Source of the DNA: a virus
DNA length: 64,000 nt
Direction: 5' to 3' (one strand)
Virus record (IMG/VR): IMGVR_UViG_3300045988_180522
Shown here: in pieces, positions 10,994-19,162 of the stretch
Layout: each line of letters starts with the position of its first letter
Position numbering within the stretch: position 1 is the first letter of the stretch
The notes under the pieces: generated by a model
Told to the model about the DNA's origin: nothing
Database searches by the model: none
What the model saw: only the letters and a program-made list of their open reading frames with translations
Made by a program: the position numbers and the translations under genes

Positions 10994-11377
10994 CTATATA
11001 ATTTCAGGCGCTTTCATCCAATGAGTGACCCCATAGACTACCTCTCCGGAGCAAGAAGTATACCATAATTTTTCCTCTTTTACATAGTAAGCTATATTTA
11101 CTCCTCTTCCATATTCATTTGTCACAATACAATTAAAGTCATCTTCTGGTAATCTTTCTGTAACCCTGACCCATGAAGATTCTGTATGTTCATCTGCCTG
11201 TTCGAGTATCAGTCTTTTGGGTTCTTTATCCGTCCATTTGACATATTTAAACTCCTTCATATAACAACTAAGTGGTGATTTCTCCTGTACATCATCACTA
11301 TCCCAGTTATGTTCCTTTTTTACGGGCTTATTCTTGTAAACCCATAAACAGTCATCTTCATCTCTGGCTATCCACAT
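10994..11377 (-). CDS. DUF551-like phage protein (127 aa)
   Basis: The WVRVTERLPEDDFNCIV segment matches the W-x-V-x-ERLPE core typical of DUF551 prophage proteins. Confidence 0.45.
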   Translation of the reverse strand: MWIARDEDDCLWVYKNKPVKKEHNWDSDDVQEKSPLSCYMKEFKYVKWTDKEPKRLILEQADEHTESSWVRVTERLPEDDFNCIVTNEYGRGVNIAYYVKEEKLWYTSCSGEVVYGVTHWMKAPEII

Positions 11378-11423
11378 AATATTGTTATTTAGTTATTAAT
11401 AACTTAGGCTCTTTGTCTTCCCT

Positions 11424-11663
11424 TCAATCCTTCTTTAATTCTATAGATTCATCATTCCAAGTTAAATCTTTACCTGTAAGTTTCTTGATAGAACCCTTAG
11501 GTAAAATAATCCCAGTATCTTCGTTATCATACTCACTACTGTTCTCATCACTCCAATATTCAGGTTCCCATAATTTACAACGTGATGTATCAGGGTCTTT
11601 TCTAAAGGGTCTAAAAGCAAATATACTTTCACTGCCATTTTTATTTACTGCTACAAATGCCAT
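11424..11663 (-). CDS. Hypothetical protein (79 aa)
   Basis: ORF in the - strand block. Confidence 0.4.
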   Translation of the reverse strand: MAFVAVNKNGSESIFAFRPFRKDPDTSRCKLWEPEYWSDENSSEYDNEDTGIILPKGSIKKLTGKDLTWNDESIELKKD

Positions 11664-11666
11664 AAC

Positions 11667-11867
11667 TTATAATTTATAATAATTAGTATCACATCTTACA
11701 ACTTCACCATTCTCATAGATTTGGTTTACTTCTACTCTCACTTTACCATGAATATAATCTTCTATAGTAGGTGTAATTATAGTATTGATTAACATTCCTA
11801 AGAAAATAGATAACAATAGAATTGCAAGTGCTGATGATATTCTAATATCTCTATCTTCCTGTGTCAT
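11667..11867 (-). CDS. Small membrane protein (66 aa)
   Basis: Has a single hydrophobic helix (ALAILLLSIFLGMLINTII). Confidence 0.4.
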   Translation of the reverse strand: MTQEDRDIRISSALAILLLSIFLGMLINTIITPTIEDYIHGKVRVEVNQIYENGEVVRCDTNYYKL

Positions 11868-12039
11868 AACTTTTTACTTAAGTATTCAAACTAAAATTAT
11901 ACCAAAACATACTTCCACAATCACAACATCTACAGTTAACTCCAGATGTAAAATACCCTACTTCATAATGGTAGGATCCACAATAAGGACATCTACATAA
12001 ATTTACCGTATACATTTCTATCTATTTTTTTTAACTTTA

Positions 12040-12981
12040 TTAATATTGTAAGTCAAGAATATTATTCTCATTCCAAGAGAGAGAAATATCCCCGCTTACA
12101 AGACATTTAAATGTATTTATCTTCCTGTTCCTGATATCATTTTCGCAGATCTGGTCTGAAACTTTACTTCCCAGATTCCAGTTAATAATAATAGGACACT
12201 TAGCTGGAATTAAAAGATACCTGACAAATCCCAGCGTGTCCTTATTATCTATAATAGTATACGAATCTTTATATGCCTCTATCAGACTTGTGAACAGAGA
12301 TATATACTGCTTATCGGAGAGGATTAAATGGGTTCCCTTATTTTTGGTATTAACAGAGAAACTATCCTTTGGTATAATATTACTTATCCTGATCTCATCC
12401 ACAAAACTTATTTTACGTATGTGGTCAGTCAGTGAATTTATAGTATCCAGATTCCCTCTCCATATATTCGTATTAACTCTTACTTTTATAGCCGGATTAT
12501 AATATTTAATGGTATTGTAAATTCTTCTTAAGTCCTTCAGTGTGATAAAGTCCTCATTATGAAAGGATATATTTATACCCTGTATCCCTATATCCTCTCT
12601 TACAAGCTCCTTTATGAATGCTTCGTTATCTTTTAGTCTTATCCCATTAGTAGTCAGTCTGACCATATTCAATCCGGTATCAAGTCTTAGTGTAGATATG
12701 AACCCTAATATATTCGGATGCAGCAAAGGCTCTCCCCCAAGTAAAATAGCTTCTTTTATATTATACTTTTCAACCAGGTATCTGATATTACCTAAGGCTT
12801 TACCACAAGGCAAATCAAGGGATCTGTCTGTCTCTGAATTTATACAATAGGCACAATTACACTGACATTTATTTGTGACTACAATGCTTAGGTAAGCATT
12901 ATCGGATACTAATCCTATATCAGTAGGATAGTACCTGTTTTGCTTAAATATTTCAAGTGAATCTATTTGGATTATACTCAT
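12040..12981 (-). CDS. Radical SAM enzyme (313 aa)
   Basis: Carries a CQCNCAYC cluster (Cx3Cx2C followed by N, as in activase-type radical SAM enzymes) and a GGEPLL SAM-binding glycine motif. A few C-terminal Cys residues leave a partial auxiliary cluster possible. Confidence 0.7.
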   Translation of the reverse strand: MSIIQIDSLEIFKQNRYYPTDIGLVSDNAYLSIVVTNKCQCNCAYCINSETDRSLDLPCGKALGNIRYLVEKYNIKEAILLGGEPLLHPNILGFISTLRLDTGLNMVRLTTNGIRLKDNEAFIKELVREDIGIQGINISFHNEDFITLKDLRRIYNTIKYYNPAIKVRVNTNIWRGNLDTINSLTDHIRKISFVDEIRISNIIPKDSFSVNTKNKGTHLILSDKQYISLFTSLIEAYKDSYTIIDNKDTLGFVRYLLIPAKCPIIINWNLGSKVSDQICENDIRNRKINTFKCLVSGDISLSWNENNILDLQY

Positions 12982-13014
12982 TTTTTTTCTCCTTTTCTTT
13001 TACCTATATCCTGT

Positions 13015-13398
13015 TTATACCTTAGCCTCACCGACATCTAAATATTCATAATGTACCATCCAGTATCTGCCATCTTTCAGAGGGAACAGAAAATAGCCGA
13101 AATGGCAGTACTTAAATACTGTCTTTTTATCAACAAAACAATGAAAATTATCTTCGTCATTGTCGCCTTCCCTTTTTAAGAAAAGGTCGGGCCTCCCTCT
13201 TACTGCACAGTAAGTATCTCCGTGTAATGTATATTTTTCAACGTATACATATCCAGAGTGCTCCTTAGTATCTGCATACTCCAGATATCCGGATATTTTG
13301 TCAAACGGGTAGTCAATATTACTTTTCACGTAAGAAACGGCTTCTGAGAATTCCTTTATCATAGCCTCCTTTTTTATATAGTCTTCAATATATCCCAT
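13015..13398 (-). CDS. Hypothetical protein (127 aa)
   Basis: ORF in the - strand block. Confidence 0.5.
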   Translation of the reverse strand: MGYIEDYIKKEAMIKEFSEAVSYVKSNIDYPFDKISGYLEYADTKEHSGYVYVEKYTLHGDTYCAVRGRPDLFLKREGDNDEDNFHCFVDKKTVFKYCHFGYFLFPLKDGRYWMVHYEYLDVGEAKV

Positions 13399-13425
13399 GT
13401 TATCAGTCCTCCTTCGTCATAATTT

Positions 13426-13854
13426 CTATTTTTTAAGTAAATTATTTTCAGCAAGATAACAAAGCATTTCATAGGCGGCTTCTAGTAACGTATCCCCATA
13501 AATTGGAGTGGAAAGTTTACTTCCGTCACTATCCTCAGTAGTCCCATAGTATACTCCCCACTCATCTATACATCTTTCTATTCTAAGAGAAAATACTTCA
13601 TTTGATCTAGAGGATACCCTGGGAGGGATAACATTCAATAAATCTTGGAGGGTAAAAGTTGGAATCACTTCATAAGACATAAATCCAATTACCTGAAACT
13701 CTTTCTGTAGACTAAGAAACCACTCTCCTGTAGAATCGTCGTCAATTTTACATCCATGACAATGACGTGTCCAATATAAAGTAGCTTCGCTAGTATCAAT
13801 ATCTAAGTCTTTTAGATGTTTCATTTGATCTATTGATAAAACCTGATCTCTCAT
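13426..13854 (-). CDS. Hypothetical protein (142 aa)
   Basis: ORF with a 4-nt overlap with the next gene. Confidence 0.5.
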   Translation of the reverse strand: MRDQVLSIDQMKHLKDLDIDTSEATLYWTRHCHGCKIDDDSTGEWFLSLQKEFQVIGFMSYEVIPTFTLQDLLNVIPPRVSSRSNEVFSLRIERCIDEWGVYYGTTEDSDGSKLSTPIYGDTLLEAAYEMLCYLAENNLLKK

Positions 13855-14321
13855 GCTAAAAATCTATTGGCTATATTTAATAAATCTCTAAAGCATTCCA
13901 TAAATTGCGTTGCCATACTTTTAGATGGGAACGTAAGAGTATGACAGTATACATAACGTGATATAAATGATACTGTTAATTCTCCATCTATCGTACTTTG
14001 GATATAATAAATATTCGCGCATGTTTTCTCTGGATCCCATTCACCTATCCAAGCTTTTCGTAACCTTATCAGTTGAATAAGAGCTAATGTGGCTTCTGCT
14101 TCTACTTCTGATGCATGTAAATTTCTATCCCCATAAGGAGTTCTGCCTTTATTCTCTCTTAAATTTATTTTTGAATCATAACCTATAAAATACTCCTGTC
14201 TAATAGGTGTTCTATTACAAAATTCTTCCCAAGTTTTAGGTATTACCCGACAAATTTTATAGATATTTCCTTCTTTTATAAGTTCTGAATCATCAGGAAT
14301 TTCAATAGTTATTACTTTCAT
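13851..14321 (-). CDS. Paralog family A member 2 (156 aa), unknown function
   Basis: Full-length similarity to the 10379-10852 product, sharing the same conserved blocks. Confidence 0.6.
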   Translation of the reverse strand: MKVITIEIPDDSELIKEGNIYKICRVIPKTWEEFCNRTPIRQEYFIGYDSKINLRENKGRTPYGDRNLHASEVEAEATLALIQLIRLRKAWIGEWDPEKTCANIYYIQSTIDGELTVSFISRYVYCHTLTFPSKSMATQFMECFRDLLNIANRFLA

Positions 14322-14328
14322 ATACTTT

Positions 14329-14592
14329 CTATTTTATAATTTCATACTCATCCGGGTGGAACATATAACATGTTCCTAATCCCATTACACTTATACCCAC
14401 CCGATATTCTCCATCATCTACGCAAGATTCATCCTGGAACACTAATAGTCCTCCTCTATGGAAATCAGGATGACATTCCACATTATCCTTTATTCTGACT
14501 TTTGTTCCCGCTGGATATTTATAAATATCAGGTCTGTCTTGTTTTCTCACTTTCTCTTTCATTTTTCCTAAATTTAATGTATTTATATACAC
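14329..14592 (-). CDS. Hypothetical protein (87 aa)
   Basis: ORF in the - strand block. Confidence 0.45.
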   Translation of the reverse strand: MYINTLNLGKMKEKVRKQDRPDIYKYPAGTKVRIKDNVECHPDFHRGGLLVFQDESCVDDGEYRVGISVMGLGTCYMFHPDEYEIIK

Positions 14593-14808
14593 CTCCCCCG
14601 GGCCGGGAGGTGGATAATTTATAGGGAAATCTTTCTACTGAAATTACTGTATAACTTTTATAAATCCATACATAGTAAATAAAAATCCTACTGTAGAGAG
14701 TATTCCTCCCCAGATCTTGAAGAATGAAAAATCATCATAATCCTCATCTGATTTGTAAAAAGTTACCCCTATTATAAATAAAACTACTCCTATTAATATT
14801 GCCATGAT

Positions 14809-15036
14809 TCATATTTGTATATAAGACTCTCCTATCGTCCATCCCTGATCCTTTAATTCCTCCAGAACAGGCCTTATGGACTCAAGGGCCTCTTCTGTTG
14901 TATAGTCTTCAGGGAGGACAGATGTTACCTCCCTGAAAGCTTCAATAACTACAGTTATTTTCTGTTTTTTTGTCATATTCTGATTCCACGGTGCTGCATG
15001 ATCATAATCAGATCCTATAGGACAATTTTCACTCAT
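14809..15036 (-). CDS. Hypothetical protein (75 aa)
   Basis: ORF in the - strand block. Confidence 0.4.
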   Translation of the reverse strand: MSENCPIGSDYDHAAPWNQNMTKKQKITVVIEAFREVTSVLPEDYTTEEALESIRPVLEELKDQGWTIGESYIQI

Positions 15037-15068
15037 ATTGTTTTGTTTCTTTTAGTAACCATACTTTG

Positions 15069-15386
15069 TCACTCATATTCATTATTAATATCAGAACACA
15101 ATTGTCTTATTTTTCTTTCAATTTCCAGTAACCGACTATCTGACATTTGTCTTGCTCTTAGAAGAATAGTACCCATATTCTCTCTTAAAGCATCTCCGAT
15201 ACATCTTATAGCCATACCTGTACTATTTGCCAGCTGACCGTGATATGTAAAAGATATCTCATTAGGGTTTACCTTAAGAATATCCGATTTTTCAGCTTCC
15301 TGATACTCCTCTATCAGCTTCCTGAGATTTTCTATATCTCTTCCAAAGTTTCTTTCTTTCATAATTACACTTATTAATGAATCCAT
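15069..15386 (-). CDS. Hypothetical protein (105 aa)
   Basis: Its start codon overlaps the predicted PolA stop (ATGGATTCATTAA). Confidence 0.5.
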   Translation of the reverse strand: MDSLISVIMKERNFGRDIENLRKLIEEYQEAEKSDILKVNPNEISFTYHGQLANSTGMAIRCIGDALRENMGTILLRARQMSDSRLLEIERKIRQLCSDINNEYE

Positions 15387-15517
15387 CTGTCTCCAATATT
15401 GACATCCACATCTATATGCAGTACAGATGTAAACAGATCACCTGCTTCTCTCATACACTTGGTCAGCAGGTCTGAAGCTTCCTGTACTATATCCTTTGAA
15501 GCTCCTATGTTTACCTC
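15374..15517 (-). CDS. polA: DNA polymerase A, predicted terminal exon 4 (47 aa, C-terminal tail)
   Basis: The - strand frame EVNIGASKDIVQEASDLLTKCMREAGDLFTSVLHIDVDVNIGDRWIH* aligns with the extreme C-terminus of Pol I (EVHKDDVDAVAKQ...LLVEVGSGENWDQAH*). The segment has no start codon of its own and is preceded by AUG-G, giving a possible 3' splice site after G at 15518. Confidence 0.5.
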   Translation of the reverse strand, partial: EVNIGASKDIVQEASDLLTKCMREAGDLFTSVLHIDVDVNIGDRWIH

Positions 15518-16443
15518 CATTTTGTGTTACGAATATATCGATTCCATATATTCTCTTATCCTTTCAGATAAGGCCGGACTATCTCTTATAAAGAAATTTC
15601 TCTCCATATACATCCGAGTTTTACTCCGGACATACTATTAATTTCTTTACCTGTGCGTTTCAATTCCTCTTGGAACTTACACCATTTCTGGTTAGTCTCT
15701 GAGCTCCACCTCTTATAGGAATAACAATTTAATGGGTATCTTGACAGTATATCAGACAAAATCTTAGCTCCTTTATATTTTTTGATCCTTAGATAATAGA
15801 AAATTCTTCCATCCTTTTTTCTTTCAACCTCGATCTCAGGGAATACTCCTATCCTGTTAAAAAATGGGATAAAAACCTGTTCCTGATCCTCCCTGCTAAA
15901 TCTATGAGTACTGATATTATAGTACATCTCATTTTTATGAAGGGATCCATTATCATATATCCATAGAGCTATTCCTAAGTCATCTATTTTATCCATAGCA
16001 TCTTTAAGACTAAGAGACCTTATAGAAGGCAGTATACGGCAGGACCTGGACCTCATACAATATATACTGGTCCTTGAATATCCGTTTTCTTCTACAAAAG
16101 TCTTACTCTTAAACAAATCTCCCAGTAATTGTGATTTGAAGTCTATATACTCCTCATACTTACAATTAGTACAGTAATAGGTGCTATTACTATTTGATGT
16201 ATATATACCTCCATCACCGATCTTTGCTGTCAAAAACACCTGTAATTGTTCTCTACTTAGAGAGTAAAGTTGCTGATTTTCCATTATTGTAGATTTATAG
16301 TATCGTACAAATATAGATAATATTATCAAGCATTCAACAGACATTTCTGTCTGTTTGTAGCTATTATCTCTTTAGGAGTTCCCAGCAGTTAACACAGTTT
16401 TACTACGACAAGGTTTTTTAGGTCCATCGTAGGGTGTTATATA
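15518..16443 (-). mobile_element. Putative group I intron 3 in polA (carries LAGLIDADG HEG)
   Basis: It lies between a Pol motif-C exon ending ...GAG UUU (U at -1) and a terminal exon preceded by ...AAAAUG (terminal G). The flanking frames are both Pol-homologous. The P1-P9 structure was not verified. Confidence 0.4.
15586..16344 (-). CDS. LAGLIDADG homing endonuclease (double motif), inside PolA intervening sequence 3
   Basis: Two LAGLIDADG-type motifs are present, FLTAKIGDGGIY and LGIALWIYDNGSL. The likely start is the internal Met at 16284 (MENQQLYSLSREQLQVFL...). Confidence 0.6.
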   Translation of the reverse strand: MSVECLIILSIFVRYYKSTIMENQQLYSLSREQLQVFLTAKIGDGGIYTSNSNSTYYCTNCKYEEYIDFKSQLLGDLFKSKTFVEENGYSRTSIYCMRSRSCRILPSIRSLSLKDAMDKIDDLGIALWIYDNGSLHKNEMYYNISTHRFSREDQEQVFIPFFNRIGVFPEIEVERKKDGRIFYYLRIKKYKGAKILSDILSRYPLNCYSYKRWSSETNQKWCKFQEELKRTGKEINSMSGVKLGCIWREISL

Positions 16444-16539
16444 AAACTCCACTTTATCATACAGCCATCCTCTGCTCCTGCATTCTCTGAACATATTGAT
16501 CAATGCGAATCTAAGTATCTGAGCTCCGGTGCCTTGTAT
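16444..16539 (-). CDS. polA: DNA polymerase A, predicted exon 3 (32 aa: O-helix end to motif C)
   Basis: The frame IQGTGAQILRFALINMFRECRSRGWLYDKVEF aligns with Pol I MQGTAADIIKRAMIAV...QVHDELVF. It has no ATG and begins immediately after the HNH ORF stop. Motif C reads YDK instead of HDE. Confidence 0.5.
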
Positions 16540-17561
16540 CGTATTTATTAATAATTATTTAATATGTAATTTGCAAATGATTTTAAATCTTCTACGGATG
16601 CGTTCTGTTTCATAGAATTAGCTAGCTTGGAAATAACCTGAACATTGCCTTTTACATATCCTTTATCAGGATCTATTCTATCTAAAGATATAGAATAGTC
16701 AGATCCTCCTAGCACACCAACAATAAAAGGTTTCCCAAGTATAGGGCATCTGTCAGGAATATAAATATCCTCAGGAGTAAGATTAAATTCAATATTATAC
16801 ATAGAGGCCCTCTTTCTGGCATTATTTAATAATGACATAATCTTACCACGTTCAGACTGCTGATATTTTACATCAATCCTCTTTAGATGTTCTGCATAGT
16901 CAGGATTATGAGTTTTTCTTATTTTCTTATTTATGTTAGATCTTAAGATAGTAATCTCTCTATTCGGACATCTTTGTACTCTCTTCACAGCACAAGGTTT
17001 ACAGACAGAATTTATTCTTCTTCTCTTTTTACTATAAGACCACCCAAATTCAGATAATGGAAGAAATCTATGACATTCATTACACCATTTTAAAGATGGA
17101 TCTGACGATCTTACATAATGGCCTCTAGGATTATAGGAAATTCCATTTTCCTCTGCTAGCCTCTTTAATCTCTCTACTTTCTGATTGTATACTCTTTCTT
17201 TTACGCATTCCTTACATACTACCTTATTAGTAGAGTAGAATTCAGAACTATCCTTTTCTTTTCCACAAATTTTGCAAATCATATCTATTATATTTTCTTT
17301 TCACAAACATAATAAGATATATACACAAAAGCAAATTATTAATTATCATTTTCATGATAGATCGGACTATATCATCTCCCTTCTCTTTTTAGAGGATGGG
17401 GAGTGGGATGCTGTGGGCTCATCGTAATGTCCCTAGTCTCTGAACCTTCCTCAGTCTTCCCTGAGGCTCGGCTGCTGATTATCATACAGTTTTCTGCTTA
17501 GATTCCCAGCAATTCTTCCCATTATTCAAGCAATATTCCTATTGCAGGCTGCATACATTCT
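16540..17561 (-). mobile_element. Putative group I intron 2 in polA (carries HNH HEG)
   Basis: Pol homology in exon 2 stops at ...AEKFSVNYC (UGU, U at -1) and resumes at IQGTGAQ after ...AAAUACG. The 243-nt 5' non-ORF segment is GC-richer than its surroundings and contains hairpins (CCUCAGGGAAGACUGAGG). Confidence 0.4.
16548..17282 (-). CDS. HNH-family homing endonuclease-like protein with N-terminal zinc ribbons (244 aa), inside PolA intervening sequence 2
   Basis: CKICG...CKEC and CNEC...CKPC Cys pairs form the N-terminal zinc ribbons. The C-terminal SLDRIDPDKGYVKGNVQVISKLAN resembles the HNH_3-type phage homing endonuclease core. Confidence 0.45.
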   Translation of the reverse strand: MICKICGKEKDSSEFYSTNKVVCKECVKERVYNQKVERLKRLAEENGISYNPRGHYVRSSDPSLKWCNECHRFLPLSEFGWSYSKKRRRINSVCKPCAVKRVQRCPNREITILRSNINKKIRKTHNPDYAEHLKRIDVKYQQSERGKIMSLLNNARKRASMYNIEFNLTPEDIYIPDRCPILGKPFIVGVLGGSDYSISLDRIDPDKGYVKGNVQVISKLANSMKQNASVEDLKSFANYILNNY

Positions 17562-18062
17562 ACAGTAGTTCACCGAAAATTTCTCAGCTTCCGACTTTCT
17601 TTTAAAGTAGTGTCTTACCTTTTTCACCATATCTCTCTCCTCCTGGTCCCTGGGGGACTTCTTTCCGGATCTGTCCTTTGGTATCTCTCTGTACTTGTTC
17701 CAGAATTCCTCTGTAAAGCTTTCTTTCAGCTCACACAGATCATCGAAATCATAGATATGGGCTCTGTGTCCGGTCTTAGGATTTATAATTACATATCCCA
17801 GTCTCATAACTTCCTCTTTCCTCATATTCTGCCACGCTATAAGCCCTTTGAAACCAGATCTGTACCTGTTATCCAGTTCCTTTGCTCTTTCTTCAGAGAG
17901 ACCGAAGTTCTGCATAAGGGTAGTCCATCCTCCCAGATAATTCCACAGGAACTCATACTTCTTTGCTGTATCTCTAAGATCACTGTGATATTTCTTAATA
18001 TCTGCCGTGGACAGGCCTTCCAGTTCTTTGAATACCATCCGGCCAGTCAGTGAGTGCATCAT
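17526..18062 (-). CDS. polA: DNA polymerase A exon 2 ORF (motif B / O-helix region); Pol-homologous part predicted at 17562-18056
   Basis: HSLTGRMVFKELEGLSTADIKKYHSDLRDTAKKYEFLWNYLGG aligns with Pol I DIHRATAAEVFG...RRSAKAINFGLIYG. LSEERAKELDNRYRSGFKGLIAWQNMRKEEVMRLGYVIINPKTGHRAHIY aligns with [48 protein letters not shown]. The C-terminal 12 residues (YCRMYAACNRNIA) have no Pol counterpart and are taken as intron read-through. Confidence 0.7.
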   Translation of the reverse strand: MMHSLTGRMVFKELEGLSTADIKKYHSDLRDTAKKYEFLWNYLGGWTTLMQNFGLSEERAKELDNRYRSGFKGLIAWQNMRKEEVMRLGYVIINPKTGHRAHIYDFDDLCELKESFTEEFWNKYREIPKDRSGKKSPRDQEERDMVKKVRHYFKRKSEAEKFSVNYCRMYAACNRNIA

Positions 18063-19162
18063 ATTTTGTTATCCCAAAGGCTTTTTATCCTCTGGTTCTA
18101 TAAGTACTGGTAACCTCCTTATAGTTCGGCATATATTTTCACCCTCTTTAAGAGGGGCTGAGAACTCGTGGGCTGTTATATTTATTCAAGCCTATGCTCT
18201 ACAATACTTATAACCCTATTCGCAATGTTATAAGTTATCTCGGTGTTGAATAAGTTACGCTTTCTTGAAAGAAAAATAGTAGCATCTTTATACAAGAAAT
18301 CATATATACATTTCTTTACCTTATCAGAAGCATTTATAATTACTTTCCAATAATCGGTAGTTTTTCCTTGAATATGATATATTCTATATGAGAAATTTTT
18401 AAACCAACCCATTATCTGCTTCATAAAATGTTCTGAATTAAACACAAATTCAACAATACTACATCCCACATGGCCGTCTCCATCAAAGAAGCCTCTTATA
18501 AAATGTCTCCACAATTCCTCAGGTATAGAATCTTCAGGAATATAAAAACTTTTGTCTAAAGTTTTTAGTGGTCTGATATTATACTTAGCTCCTAATGTAT
18601 CGAACATATGTTCAGAAGTCCATTGTAATGTGTAACAAGGTTTTTTCTTTCTGTTATGAGTGTAATTTTTAACTAGTAATGAAGAATCAGGACATATATT
18701 ACTATGTAATGCTTCTATAGCTTCCTTGTCATCTATAGTATTATTAAATGCTATCCTTTTCGTATAGTGTAAATTCCTCTTTTCTAATCTACAACACCCA
18801 TCTGCTACTAAAAATCCAAGTAAGTAGGCTTTCAGTTCGGAATCTATATTATCAAAGAAATAGTCGTTAATTCTAAGTCCTCTTCTATCAAACTTAATAT
18901 TATAGTACTTAAAACAATCACTTACTCTTTGGGAAGAAATACCAAACCGACTTCCTATTTCTCTCTGATTTTTACCTTCTCTCATCATTTGACAGGCTAT
19001 TTCTATGTCAAATCTCTCTAAGCACTCTTTTTTAGTCATTTTATTTATCTATGGCAGTTATTAACTATGCAATAGTATAAATAAAAATCACCATTACCAT
19101 ATTTTTCACCGATTTTTCTCAGTTTTTTACTATATATTACTATATAGGGAGACATGCAATCT
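18057..19162 (-). mobile_element. Putative group I intron 1 in polA (carries LAGLIDADG HEG)
   Basis: This 1.1-kb insertion lies between polymerase motif A and motif B. Exon 1 has a stop and exon 2 sits in a different arrangement, so it is not an in-frame intein. A canonical U/G boundary choice (after GAU of ...EGSGD, before CAC of HSLTG) yields EGSGDHSLTGRMVF, matching Pol I EGKDIHRATAAEVF. The flanking non-ORF segments are 123 nt and 125 nt. Confidence 0.4.
18182..19039 (-). CDS. LAGLIDADG homing endonuclease (double motif) with N-terminal HTH, inside PolA intervening sequence 1
   Basis: Two LAGLIDADG-type motifs are present, YLLGFLVADGCC and FIRGFFDGDGHV. The N-terminal REIGSRFGISSQRVSDCF looks like a helix-turn-helix. 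Confidence 0.75.
   Translation of the reverse strand: MTKKECLERFDIEIACQMMREGKNQREIGSRFGISSQRVSDCFKYYNIKFDRRGLRINDYFFDNIDSELKAYLLGFLVADGCCRLEKRNLHYTKRIAFNNTIDDKEAIEALHSNICPDSSLLVKNYTHNRKKKPCYTLQWTSEHMFDTLGAKYNIRPLKTLDKSFYIPEDSIPEELWRHFIRGFFDGDGHVGCSIVEFVFNSEHFMKQIMGWFKNFSYRIYHIQGKTTDYWKVIINASDKVKKCIYDFLYKDATIFLSRKRNLFNTEITYNIANRVISIVEHRLE

Noticed and set aside
17610-18053. Plus-strand 147-aa ORF antisense to polA exon 2
   Set aside because: It is antisense to a segment with clear Pol I homology on the - strand, so it is a shadow ORF.
18057-19162. Intein interpretation of the LAGLIDADG element in polA
   Set aside because: The polymerase frame is closed by a stop codon before the endonuclease ORF, and the endonuclease has its own start codon. 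There is no continuous host-protein frame, so the element is not an in-frame intein.
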